Assembly: GCF_004010195.1 (NCBI RefSeq) | Contig: NC_057758.1 | Coordinates: forward strand, 4,562,353-4,582,352 | Direction: 5' to 3' | Source: Chiloscyllium plagiosum | Lineage: Eukaryota | DNA length: 20,000 nt | Shown: positions 10,441 through 20,000 of the stretch, in pieces | How positions within the stretch are numbered: the stretch's first letter is position 1 | Layout: the number at the start of each line of letters is the position of its first letter | The notes under the pieces: model-generated | What the model saw: only the letters and a program-made list of their open reading frames with translations | Database searches by the model: none | What the model was told of the DNA's origin: nothing | Made by a program: the position numbers and the translations under genes

Positions 10441-12400
10441 CAGCGCATGTCAAACATTCAAGGTAATTTGGTGGGCTGATGTTGGTCAGAATCATGATGA
10501 ACCCGTCGAAGCGCTTTCAAATTCCGGAAGTGAGCGGCACCGGGAGTTAGTGTGAAAGGCAAGCTACATGATTTTCCGTTTCCAACAGGTTTGTAGTCGT
10601 CTTCTTGAAGTAGGGGGGACTTATGATCATGAAAAGGAGGGGTTAAAGAGGTCTGTGAATATTCCCACAAGGTCGTCAGGAAAGGATCTGAGTGCCTGGC
10701 TGTGGATTCCATTCAGGCCAGTCGATGTCTGTGAGTCCTCTCTTAAGAAGATCGATCTAACATTTGCGGTAGGAATCATGGTTGCATTGCAGTCCAGGCT
10801 GCTGTGATAACAAACTTAGAATACTTTGAACTCATTGTGTTGTGATGTACTCTTGCCCGCGATTCTGTTCAACTTCTTTTGATAGTCTTTGTGTGAAAGT
10901 CTTGCCATAAATGACGGTGCCCGCGTCAAACTTTGTTTCGTGTTGCCTCTTGCCATCTCCGATGGACTTATGAAGGGCTTACTTGGATTTTCAGTGGAGA
11001 TCAAAGTTGCTCGACCTGATCACAGTTGATTTGGAATTCAGCGAGGACAGCAACTCCAATTTCTTCCATATTTCCCACATGGTGAAAATTCAGATTACTA
11101 ACATCAGTTTTTTTTTTACACTAATGGCGTCCGTAACGGCAATGGCGTGTTTGATGAGGTTCGGCACTGAGTGCTTGAATACAGCAAAGTCAACTGATTC
11201 TAAGCAGTCCCGTAATCGCCATCCATTGCCCAGATCAATATTGCACTACTTTCTAGATTAGATCCTCATGCGCCAACTCCTTCTTGTCAGCTGGTGATAG
11301 GGGTGGGGGTGGGTTATGTTGAGCTGGACACAGCCCTGCGATCGAATGCTCAAAAATGCAAACTGCGAATGGGCTGTTAACCGAGAATTGATGGTGGTAT
11401 ATCTACGGTCATGGAAGTTCCTACCTCTGGTGGATCACGAGACATATTTGTAACCCATGTTTAAGGTGTGCCTGATTGAAGTCACCAACAAAGAAAACAA
11501 AGATCTCTAAGTATTCTGTCTCAAGATTGTTTGTAACACTGTATGCTTCATCAAGTGAATTATTCAGTTCAACTCATGGAGGGTGCAGCAGTGATGGCAG
11601 TTTACCGTAATATATTATAGCTTCAGGGAGCAGTAATTCGCCAGCATCGCCACGCCTGAGCATTCGAATGATGAGAAGGCATAAGCAACTGGCCGATGTA
11701 TTACCAAACAACATCGATCCCTCAATTCAATAAACTGAGAATCCCTCAGGTCGTAATGCCTCGTCAGGTGCAACAGGAATGAGGCATGTCTCTGGAAAAC
11801 AGAGTGTACAGCAGTCTCTAACTTCCCTTTGGGAGATGTGTCGAGCTTTCAGGTTGTGTTCATCTTGTGTTCACGATTTTGTATGCTTCCCTGGTGTATA
11901 TTCAGGCAGGAGGATTTGAACCCTCATAGTTTATATCTTACTGGAAGCATCTCCTACGTTTCCTGAATGACAGTTGCTCGTAATCGAACCCGGATGTGCT
12001 TGAGTGAAGTCTGCTCGTCTGGGAGGCAAGTGATGGGGTCCGGGGACCATTCATGGTCTTGAGCATTCGAGACTGTATTGGGGTACTTTCAGTCGGGCAT
12101 TCCACGATGTCGGGTGACAGTATTTCATGTTGCCGTGTTGGTTGTGCTTTGGTGCCGTGTTTCTGTGAGATCGGACCTGCCACTGTAGCCAAGTTTGGTA
12201 GTTCCAATGTGCTCTTGAGTGCAAGTCTCATGCACTATTCTCTACGATGTCTTGCCCTCGTCTGGTCAGCTTGGTATCATTCACCGTGGGCTCAGTTCTT
12301 TGTCCCAGGCTAAATGTAACTCAGCTCTGGATTTCCACGAGTAAGGCAGGTTTGCAGGAAGATGATAGGCCTTTAATTACCCTGGGCTTCAGATTGCAGA
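10441..12400 (-). mobile_element. Rex1/Babar-type LINE remnant, 5' part (APE endonuclease to start of RT)
   Basis: Minus-strand motifs RKRRR, CCTLCFPETCL..PEGFSV (~11730-11815), GDFNQAHLK (~11460-11486), LRDCLESVDFAVFK (~11175-11216) and KRFDGFIMILTNISPPNYLECLTCA (~10443-10517). The 5' end is approximate. Confidence 0.8.
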
Positions 12401-12469
12401 GAGCTGGGAAAAAAAGCAAAAACAAAGCATTTGTCACGCATTCCATGCTGATGGGGTCAGGTAAGTATA

Positions 12470-12585
12470 TGAAAGTATCCTTCAATGAGTGTTGTAAACT
12501 TGAGTGTTTCAATAGGTCGAAGTGTGTTGTTGGTGCCCACTACAGATACAGTTGGCCGAAGACCCTTTTCTAAGTTGTCACTCTT
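12470..12585 (+). mobile_element. Short degenerate CR1 3'-end fragment
   Basis: ACAGATACAGTTGGCCGAAGACCCTTTTCTAAGTTGT resembles the CR1/HE1 3' terminal motif GGGCCGAAGGGCCTGTTTC. Confidence 0.4.
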
Positions 12586-13244
12586 TTTGGCACAGTGACT
12601 CAGAACTGGCAGGAAATTATGTTCAGTCATTATCTATTGGACCACACTGTCAATCGCATGTTCCAGTATATTCTAACTATATATTCCAAACAAGTTAATG
12701 TCGGCAAAATCTTTGCTTCCCATGCAATATTGTAAGTTGGCTACCACCAATGTGGGCATTGATCTACTTTAGTTCATGAAAAAAATCAATGGCTTTTTCA
12801 TAGAAGGTATATGATTGTTTCAGACGTTTACATTGTATACTGATTTTGAAAATTCATCTCCTCCAAGATCGCCATCACGGGAGCTATTTGCTGACCACTG
12901 TTTCAGGGCATCGGCACTCCCATTTTCTTTTCTGATCCATTTAACATTGATGATGATATATTAAATTTGAAACCTGGAGATGTGATTCGTTTAAAAACCA
13001 TCATGAGGAGGAGGGAGGAATGCTAAATGACTCAATGTGTACTTCAAAAATGACGGTTTTCCTCGGTTTTAAAAAGCAAATCAGTTTTGCACCCCAACAT
13101 CCTTCTTTAAAATAAAGAAACTTTAATTTGAATAATTTTACGGCACTACATGGAAGAGTTGCATTTGTGGAGAGTCCAAGAAATGATAATTCAAAGTTGA
13201 TGCAAACCTTGTTTTCACCCTCTGCGTTTACTTTCCACTAACAG

Positions 13245-14146
13245 TTAACATACTGACTGTTGTGATTCTGCGTCGTCAACAATGTGGTCTCTCCAAATGT
13301 ACCACACGATACATGGTGGCCATGGTGGTGACGGACCTACTTGTCATGATCTTCGACCTGATACTAAGACACATTCTACTTGTCTATCACAATCATTTTC
13401 ATTTCCTGTGGCACATCCCAGTGTGCACTTTACATGCAGCAGTGTTAAATTCAGCCACAGATGCATCTGTCTGGTTTACTGTCGCTTTTACTTTTGACCG
13501 ATTTGTGACCATCTCTTCCATGAAATGGAGACGTACGTATTGCACTGTAAAGATGGAGATTTAATTCTTGGGACACTTAGAATACTGTGCTGTTTAAAAA
13601 ACGTCAGCTGGTATTTTATGCTGACTGGTTCCTACCGATTGTGGAACACCCCGTGGTTTTGTGTCATGGCAAAGGAAGTTCGATTCTCTCTGTTCTGAAC
13701 AGCGGTAGAGTTCTTGCATCATGTTCTATCGCTGGTAGTTCCATTCGTTCTTATTGTGCGGCTGAATGTTTTCACTACCAAACAGGTGTTAGTGAGCAAC
13801 CGAAAACGCAAAAGGCTCCAGGCTCTTAGAATTTGGAAGAGTGATGGACATTCCAAAGGAGAGAGTCGGAGGAAATCTGTTATCTTCCTGTTTGTTATCT
13901 CGGGAACTTTCGTCCTGGCACGAGCGTTGATGACCTTGTTTTTGTTTGTGGAAACGGATTTCTAGCTTCGGTTATAAGATAATATCATTACCTTATTTTC
14001 TTCTTGAACTGAGCTTCATTCTGCAAATCTCAGGCTGCTGCACAAACACTTGTGTTTATGCTGTTATTCAATCAAAGTTTAGAGAGCATTAGAAGAATAT
14101 GCTTAAATATCCCTTTTCTACACTTTTTCAATTAATTCGACGATGA
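13245..14146 (+). pseudogene. Exon 2 of the GPCR pseudogene (TM1 end to C-terminus)
   Basis: Pieces in three frames: VNILTVV...YCTVKME, frameshift ~13560, LILGTLRILCCLKNVSWYFM...LF*TAVEFLHH (TGA 13696), frameshift ~13945, LWKRISSFGY...CCTNTCVYAVIQSKFREH*KNMLKYPF (TAG 14090), natural TGA 14144-14146. Confidence 0.92.
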
Positions 14147-14381
14147 AAATAACTGAAGCATTGGAAGTTTAGAATTAATTTTCATTTCACTCCGCACTGT
14201 GAGGTACTGAATATGAGGTACGGCGTTATCTCCACATAGTTAGCCAAAATATTCCTGATGATTATCAGCAAATCGGGGTGACTTTGGGGTTTCATTGCCG
14301 AAGTCACCAAGTCTTGTACTGAGGACTATTCCTTTGATAACCATGCTGACAATGTTTATTTAGCCTGCGTTTCTTCAGCAT

Positions 14382-14540
14382 ACAGTTACAACGTTTAAAC
14401 TATATTTGAATAAGTACTTGAACAGGGAAGGTTGAAAATATTGGGAGTGGAGCTGGTGGGTGGGACGAGTTAAGTTTGGAATTTTGTTCGGCATTGACCA
14501 GTTGAACAAAATGATATATTTCCGTGCTATCTGACTTTAT
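14382..14540 (+). mobile_element. CR1 (HER1-like) 3' UTR fragment in the former 3' UTR of the GPCR
   Basis: ACAGTTACAACGTTTAAA..TTTGAATAAGTACTTGAACAGGGAAGG..TTTCCGTGCTATCTGACT follows the typical shark CR1 3' end. Confidence 0.65.
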
Positions 14541-14611
14541 TGCTGGATGATAAGGTGCAGTGACGTCAGAGGGACAGATGTGAGATATTGTTTTGCTTGT
14601 CTGAGAACATT

Positions 14612-14617
14612 AATAAA
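14612..14617 (+). terminator. Candidate polyadenylation signal of the GPCR locus
   Basis: AATAAA ~465 bp downstream of the natural stop. Support is positional only. Confidence 0.35.
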
Positions 14618-15714
14618 ATGCACGCACCCGATAAAGTGCACCAGAATTTGCATGAGCTGTGGTGAGCCCTCGCTAACGGCGATGTCCTGTTAAACAAGAC
14701 AACAAAATCGGTACGGGTGACCTAAGTATGAATTCAGAATCCGACCGCATTCAGATGAAACGATTTTTATCAGCCTGTTGAACCAATGCTGGTGTCGGAT
14801 GGGGAGATACGTCCTGAAGGGTTCCTCGAGTTTGTTTTCTTTCCACTTCTTTGTCGAAGTCGGCACATTTTATATAAGAAATACATTTGCTTTCTGTTAC
14901 CTTTATTGCAAGTACAATCGTTACACTTCCTGTAAAAGAAATGGATCATTTTCTGCCCTTCCATGAGGAATGATATTGATATCATTTCTCCCTGCTTTCT
15001 GTTATCAATTGTTTTGAATTAGTCTCGTCTACTTCTATCAATGAAGACAATTTTCGCGATTTATAGTTCAATTTAATCTCCCTGGAAACATAATGTTTTT
15101 TTTTTAATTAGTGATTTTGTGATCATCCACTGACACCAAAGCCAGAAACTACATGAAACTTGCATCGAAATGATCATCAGTTAAATTCAACATAGCTTGA
15201 TGAACTGAGCATTCTACGTTATTTTTGTTAATGGCCAAAGCACTTCATACTCCATGAGCTGTAATCTCAATCTGGCATACCAAACTAATTAATTTGTATG
15301 CAGGAATCACCCACTATCCCAAATTAGAGCGTTCCAGTGAACTTTCCACGAGCAGAAATGGTGTAGAGCGCAGAAGCGTTAATTGAGTCAGGATAAATTC
15401 CGCGTTTTTGATTTGTTTTAGTTAGGGAAAACTGTTATGAATGTCGATCTTCCAGAAAAGTAAAGTGGTGTGAAGAGAACTTTAGAAAAGCAGGGTTACT
15501 TGTACAGATAAACCCTTCTGTCTTTTTACTCTCTTCCTTATCTAAGTGACATGTTAAATGTAATACTTCACAAATTTGCTTTTCTGACAAAAAAGACTCA
15601 CAACACACTTTTCGAGATTAATCTGCATCTGCTCTGATATCCAACTGGTATTCTTAAACTCCCTGCAGGTATTTCACACAGATTTCCATTTTTCCATCTT
15701 GTCAAGTTTTCAGA

Positions 15715-15960
15715 TAGGTCTCTGGATAATTATATTCAAACGTCAATATATCTCAGAGCCCTCATGAATCCTCTCTGTTTCTTCTTCGAAAAAAATCAAT
15801 CATGTTCGTGAGACATTATTCTTCACCCCCAGAGCTATGCTGATAATCACCAAATCAGTACTTGTCTTTCCAAATACGCGTACGTCCTGTCATTCGGAAT
15901 TCCTTGCAACAATGTGCTCGGCATCATAATTAACGTAATCAGTCATTGCATATCTTTAGA
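15715..15960 (-). mobile_element. Degenerate CR1 RT fragment
   Basis: The reverse complement matches the decayed RT segment corresponding to consensus GLI.DSQHGF...SCLTNLIEFFEE (+ strand TTCTTCGAAAAAAATCAATCATGTTCGTGAGACA...GCTATGCTGATAATC). Confidence 0.7.
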
Positions 15961-16647
15961 TCGTTCATACTCTTCTAATTTTCTATTCACGTTGATTCAG
16001 GTATTTTCACCCACATACCCAACTGTAACGTACGTTCTTTTCCAGCTTTATTTTCAATATCAGTTTCAGTTAAGACATAACTTAAACAGCATTGCTGTTA
16101 TGATTCATCCGCCTCCACACTCCCTCCTTTCGAAGTCATCCTTTTTGAGTAGTTTGCCGAGTACTGAGTTTGAAGTCAATGGGCCTGGCTTTGCCTGACC
16201 AACACCATATTGACTTTTGGACCAGATTCTGCAGAGTCCGCATCAAGCCCTTGAGACATTACATTCATGGAGAGGAATTTCTGGTCTGAATTGTACTGAT
16301 GAAATAACCAGAGGTGTTATGTAAAACTTCGATGGGCTTCAATTAAAATAGAATTATTGCGTATAGTTCATCATCGAACTTTCTTACCTGTTTTCATTGT
16401 GTTTGAGGTAATTTATCTGGACCCAACATATAATGATGTCGCACAGTTTCATTTCGTCAATATCTGCAAATGTTGTTTCCCGTGTATGTTTTGTCTCACA
16501 GTTACGCTGCTCTTAAATGCCTCAATCAAATTGGGTTCATCTGTTCAAGCCTAACCACACGGAAAAGCCTTTTCAATATTTTCATTCTGGTTCCTTTTTC
16601 TGACTATTGCTCGTTCCAAATATACTGTTTTATATTTCCCTTCCATT

Positions 16648-16930
16648 CGGTGGAACGGTGGCTTCGTTGTTGCCCAGCGTGACAGAGCCAGAGAACAATG
16701 ATCCATTTCAGGGTCGGGCGACTTTGTGTGTGATGTTTACTCATTCACCTTGTGTCTACATTAGTTTCCTCCCACAGTCCAAAGATATTGAGTTTATGAG
16801 GATTGGCCATAAGAATGCTGTGTGGCAATAATCCTCTTGTGTGTAACAGTGAGTGGGATACTCTTCAGGACTGTCGTATGGACTTGATGGGCCGAATACC
16901 TTTCTACCACGTTGAAGATATTCTGTGATG
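16648..16930 (+). mobile_element. Older HE1/V-SINE-type SINE
   Basis: GGTGGAACGGTGGCT head, TTTCCTCCCACAGTCCAAAGAT core and GGACTTGATGGGCCGAAT tail. Homologous to the SINEs at 9057 and 19812. Confidence 0.8.
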
Positions 16931-17033
16931 CGCGACAAATTTCCATGGCACTTCAATTGTCTCAGAGTTATTTTGAATTCTCTACCTGGCTCAGTGATCT
17001 CGTATTCACGCGCACATAGACGCACAAGGTTAA

Positions 17034-17139
17034 TTTAAAATCAGCAATAACAACAATTATACATATTATCCGTCGGGGTTTGAATGTTTAAAATCAGCAA
17101 TAACAACAATTATACATATTATCCGTCGGGGTTTGAATG
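17034..17139. repeat. Perfect 2 x 53 bp tandem duplication
   Basis: TTTAAAATCAGCAATAACAACAATTATACATATTATCCGTCGGGGTTTGAATG at 17034 and 17087. Confidence 0.97.
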
Positions 17140-17937
17140 TTAAGTGACAGTGCAAGCAACGTCTTCAAGATATAAACGGTAAACCAAGAAGACACGAACT
17201 TGAACGATTTCTACATGTTGCAACTTCCCGAACTAAAGTAGTTTTTCTGACAAAATAGTTCAGAAGAAATGCTGAACGCACATCTGGACAGAATGTATGG
17301 GAGACATTCAGAAGTACTTTTCTCCAAACGTCTGTTCGCTGTAGCTTGTGTGATAATTTAACGAGAAAAACCCGTTTTTGTGAGTGTTTATTAAGCAAAT
17401 TGATAAGGAGAAAGGGACAAAGGCAGAAATATGGAGTTTCGCAAGGGGTCATCCATGTCAGACGGGCTCAATGGGATGAATGGCCGAGAATTGTCCTCTG
17501 CTCTTGTGTCATTGCCATGTCCTTTTATCACGACCTGTGATACACTGTGAGACGAGAATGTTTTGTCAAAATACAGTGTTCATTGATGCAGTGCACTTTG
17601 TAGAAAAATACTCCTGCTTGCAAATTGCATTCCAATGTGTTTTACCTGGAACAGTCATAGGTTATGCGAGCCCAGGAGAGTTAGGAGTTCAGTAAATAGT
17701 TCTCTGAATTTCTTTTGAGATCTCCTCTGTGGATGTCTTTCCCTCTTGCATCTGAGAATTTGTCTTTCCCTTAACCATTTTTTTCTGGACGTGTATTTAT
17801 TGAATGTTATTCTATTAGAATAATTAATTCGCAATAGCTACTGTATCGGGTCAGTTAAGGTTTCCAATAGGTTATTGTAAATTCTGACTTCATTTATACT
17901 GTTTCGACTGCAGTGCTGAAGTAAGTTCTCTCTTGCT

Positions 17938-18437
17938 NNNNNNNNNNNNNNNNNNNNNNNNNNNNNNNNNNNNNNNNNNNNNNNNNNNNNNNNNNNNNNN
18001 NNNNNNNNNNNNNNNNNNNNNNNNNNNNNNNNNNNNNNNNNNNNNNNNNNNNNNNNNNNNNNNNNNNNNNNNNNNNNNNNNNNNNNNNNNNNNNNNNNNN
18101 NNNNNNNNNNNNNNNNNNNNNNNNNNNNNNNNNNNNNNNNNNNNNNNNNNNNNNNNNNNNNNNNNNNNNNNNNNNNNNNNNNNNNNNNNNNNNNNNNNNN
18201 NNNNNNNNNNNNNNNNNNNNNNNNNNNNNNNNNNNNNNNNNNNNNNNNNNNNNNNNNNNNNNNNNNNNNNNNNNNNNNNNNNNNNNNNNNNNNNNNNNNN
18301 NNNNNNNNNNNNNNNNNNNNNNNNNNNNNNNNNNNNNNNNNNNNNNNNNNNNNNNNNNNNNNNNNNNNNNNNNNNNNNNNNNNNNNNNNNNNNNNNNNNN
18401 NNNNNNNNNNNNNNNNNNNNNNNNNNNNNNNNNNNNN
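17938..18437. other. Assembly gap (500 N)
   Basis: Run of N. Confidence 1.
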
Positions 18438-19545
18438 AGTACTGATTTGGATTGAAAATTGGTTGGCTGGACAGGAAGCAAAGAGTAGTGATAAACGGCT
18501 CTCTTTTGGAATGGCAGGCGGTTACCAGTGCGGTATCGCAGGGATCAGTGCTGGGACAACAGCTTATTACAATATGTATTAATGATATAGAAGATGGTAT
18601 TAATAGTAACATTAGCAAATTTTCTGATGATACAAAGCTGGGTGTCAGGGTGAAATGTGAGGAGGATGTTAGGATATTACAGGGTGACATGGATAGGTTA
18701 GGTTAGTGGACAGATGCATGGCAGATGCAGTTTAGTGTGGATAAATGTATGGTTATCCACTTTGGTGGCAAGAACAGGAAAGCAGATTAAAACCCAAAAG
18801 GAGTCAAGTTAGGTAAAGGTGCAGTACACAGAGATCTGGTTGTTCTTGTACACCAATCAATGAAGGCAAGCATGCAGGCACAGCAGGTAGTGAAGAAAGC
18901 TAATAGCATGCTGGCCTTCATAACAAGAAGGATTGAGTATAGACGTAAGAGGTTCTTCTGCAGCTGTACAGGACCCTGGTGAGACCGCATCTGGAATATT
19001 GTGTGAGTTCTGGTCTCCTAATTTGAGGAAAGACGTTGTGGCTATTGAGGAGTGCAGCGTTGGTTCATGAGGTCAATTCCTGGAATGGCGTGACTATCTT
19101 ATGTTGAAAAATTGGAGGACTGGGCTTGTACACCCTTGAGTTTCGGCGAATGAGAGGGGATCTGATTGAGACATATAAGAATATTAAAGGATTGGACACT
19201 CTGGAGTCAGGAAACATGTTTCCGTTGATGGGTGAGTCCTGAACCAGAGGACAAAGCTTAAAAATAAGGGGTATGCCATTTAGGACAGAGCTGAGGAGAA
19301 ACCTCTTCACACAGAGAGTGGTGACTGTGTGGAATGCTCTGCCCCAGAAGGCAATGGAGGCCCAGTCTCTGGATTAGTTTAAGAAAGAATTGGCGAGAGC
19401 TCTCAATGATAGTGGAATCAAGGGTTATGGAGATAAGGCAGGAACAAGATACTGATTGAGAATGATCAGCCATGATCATAATGAGTGGTGGTGCAGGCTC
19501 GAATGGCAGAATGGCCTACTCCTGCACCCATTGTCTATTGTGTAT
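18438..19545 (+). mobile_element. CR1-clade LINE 3' part (RT core to 3' tail), inactive
   Basis: DRKQRVVING..VTSAVSQGSVLG..INDI..ISKFSDDTKLG (catalytic FADD reads FSDD at 18620-18631). In-frame stops at 18704 and 19091. CR1 3' end GAATGGCCTACTCCTGCAC at ~19509-19527. Confidence 0.93.
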
Positions 19546-19726
19546 TGCAACGATCGAAATTATATATAACGAATTCTAAAAATAAGCATTTTGTGAAAGG
19601 AAACCAGTCAGATCATGACTTTACAACCGATATGAACAAATCGAGGTAATGTGACGTTGAACATCTGTTCCCGCTTCCAAAAATATTATATGTCTCATCT
19701 TGAGATCAAATAATGTATGACCCGTC
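19055..19726. repeat. Right arm of the long inverted repeat (partner 1-673)
   Basis: Reverse complement of 1-673, including ~180 bp beyond the CR1 tail. Confidence 0.95.
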
Positions 19727-19811
19727 CACAAATGCGTTGAGCCCCGTGAATAGCACAGATTAGACTTACTCAGCTTGAAATGAATTCGACAGTATTGTAG
19801 CCTATCAATGT

Positions 19812-20000
19812 TTAGATTAGATTACTTTACAGTGTGGAAACAGACCCTTCGGCCCAACAAGTCCACACCGACCCGCCGAAGCGTAACCCACCCATAGCCC
19901 TACATTTACCCTTTACCTAACACTACGGGCAATTTAGCATGGCCAATTCACCTGACCTGCACATCTTTGGACTGTGGGAGGAAACCGGAGCACCCGGAGG
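19812..20000 (-). mobile_element. Young-looking HE1/V-SINE-type SINE, 3' part (runs off the window)
   Basis: (TTAGA)n tail, CAGTGTGGAAACAGACCCTTCGGCCC and CACATCTTTGGACTGTGGGAGGAAACCGGAGCACCCGGAGG core. Confidence 0.93.

Larger units (their letters stand above)
2631..13244 (+). other. Phase-1 GT-AG intron of the GPCR pseudogene (~10.6 kb including a gap)
   Basis: Donor GTGACT at 2631. Pyrimidine tract and ...CCACTAACAG acceptor ending at 13244. G+TT rebuilds the Val of the conserved GVPVN motif in frame. Confidence 0.8.
2376..14146 (+). pseudogene. GPR139-like: Two-exon GPR139/GPR142-like class A (rhodopsin-family) GPCR pseudogene
   Basis: Splicing 2630^13245 gives YYPMLAIVGVP-V-NILTVVILRRQQCGLSKCTTRYMVAMVVTDLLV, followed by SVWFTVAFTFDRFV (DRY-like), RRKSVIFLFVISG (TM6) and CCTNTCVYAV..SKFRE (TM7, NPxxY-like). 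This is the signature of the expanded chondrichthyan GPR139-like family. Three frameshifts and several in-frame stops are present. Confidence 0.88.

Noticed and set aside
16180..16380. Possible further retroelement fragment (also ~17400-17520 and ~2290-2335)
   Set aside because: Only faint resemblance to CR1 or LTR motifs, too decayed to call by eye.
1..19726. Giant DNA transposon or Polinton with terminal inverted repeats
   Set aside because: The arms are mostly CR1 sequence, their outer ends are not visible, and no transposase, integrase or polB lies between them.

Overview
Eukaryotic, repeat-rich genomic DNA from a draft assembly with three N gaps. The CR1/HER1-type LINEs, HE1/V-SINE-type SINEs and GPR139-like receptor point to a cartilaginous fish, probably a shark (inference). 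The only gene-like locus is a two-exon GPR139/GPR142-like class A GPCR pseudogene on + (exon 1 ~2376-2630, ~10.6 kb phase-1 intron, exon 2 13245-14146) with several frameshifts and premature stops. Its intron holds a nested stack of retroelements. A degenerate, apparently full-length Rex1/Babar LINE is split almost seamlessly by a CR1 LINE, which carries an array of ~15 monomers of ~98 bp at its 5' end, and that array is in turn interrupted by a SINE. The locus is bracketed by two inverted, near-identical CR1-plus-flank segments (1-673 and 19055-19726) that share the same inactivating stop codon. No prokaryotic features, CRISPR arrays or intact protein-coding genes are supported. Repeat family names come from recalled motifs, not database searches, and the boundaries of degenerate elements are approximate.
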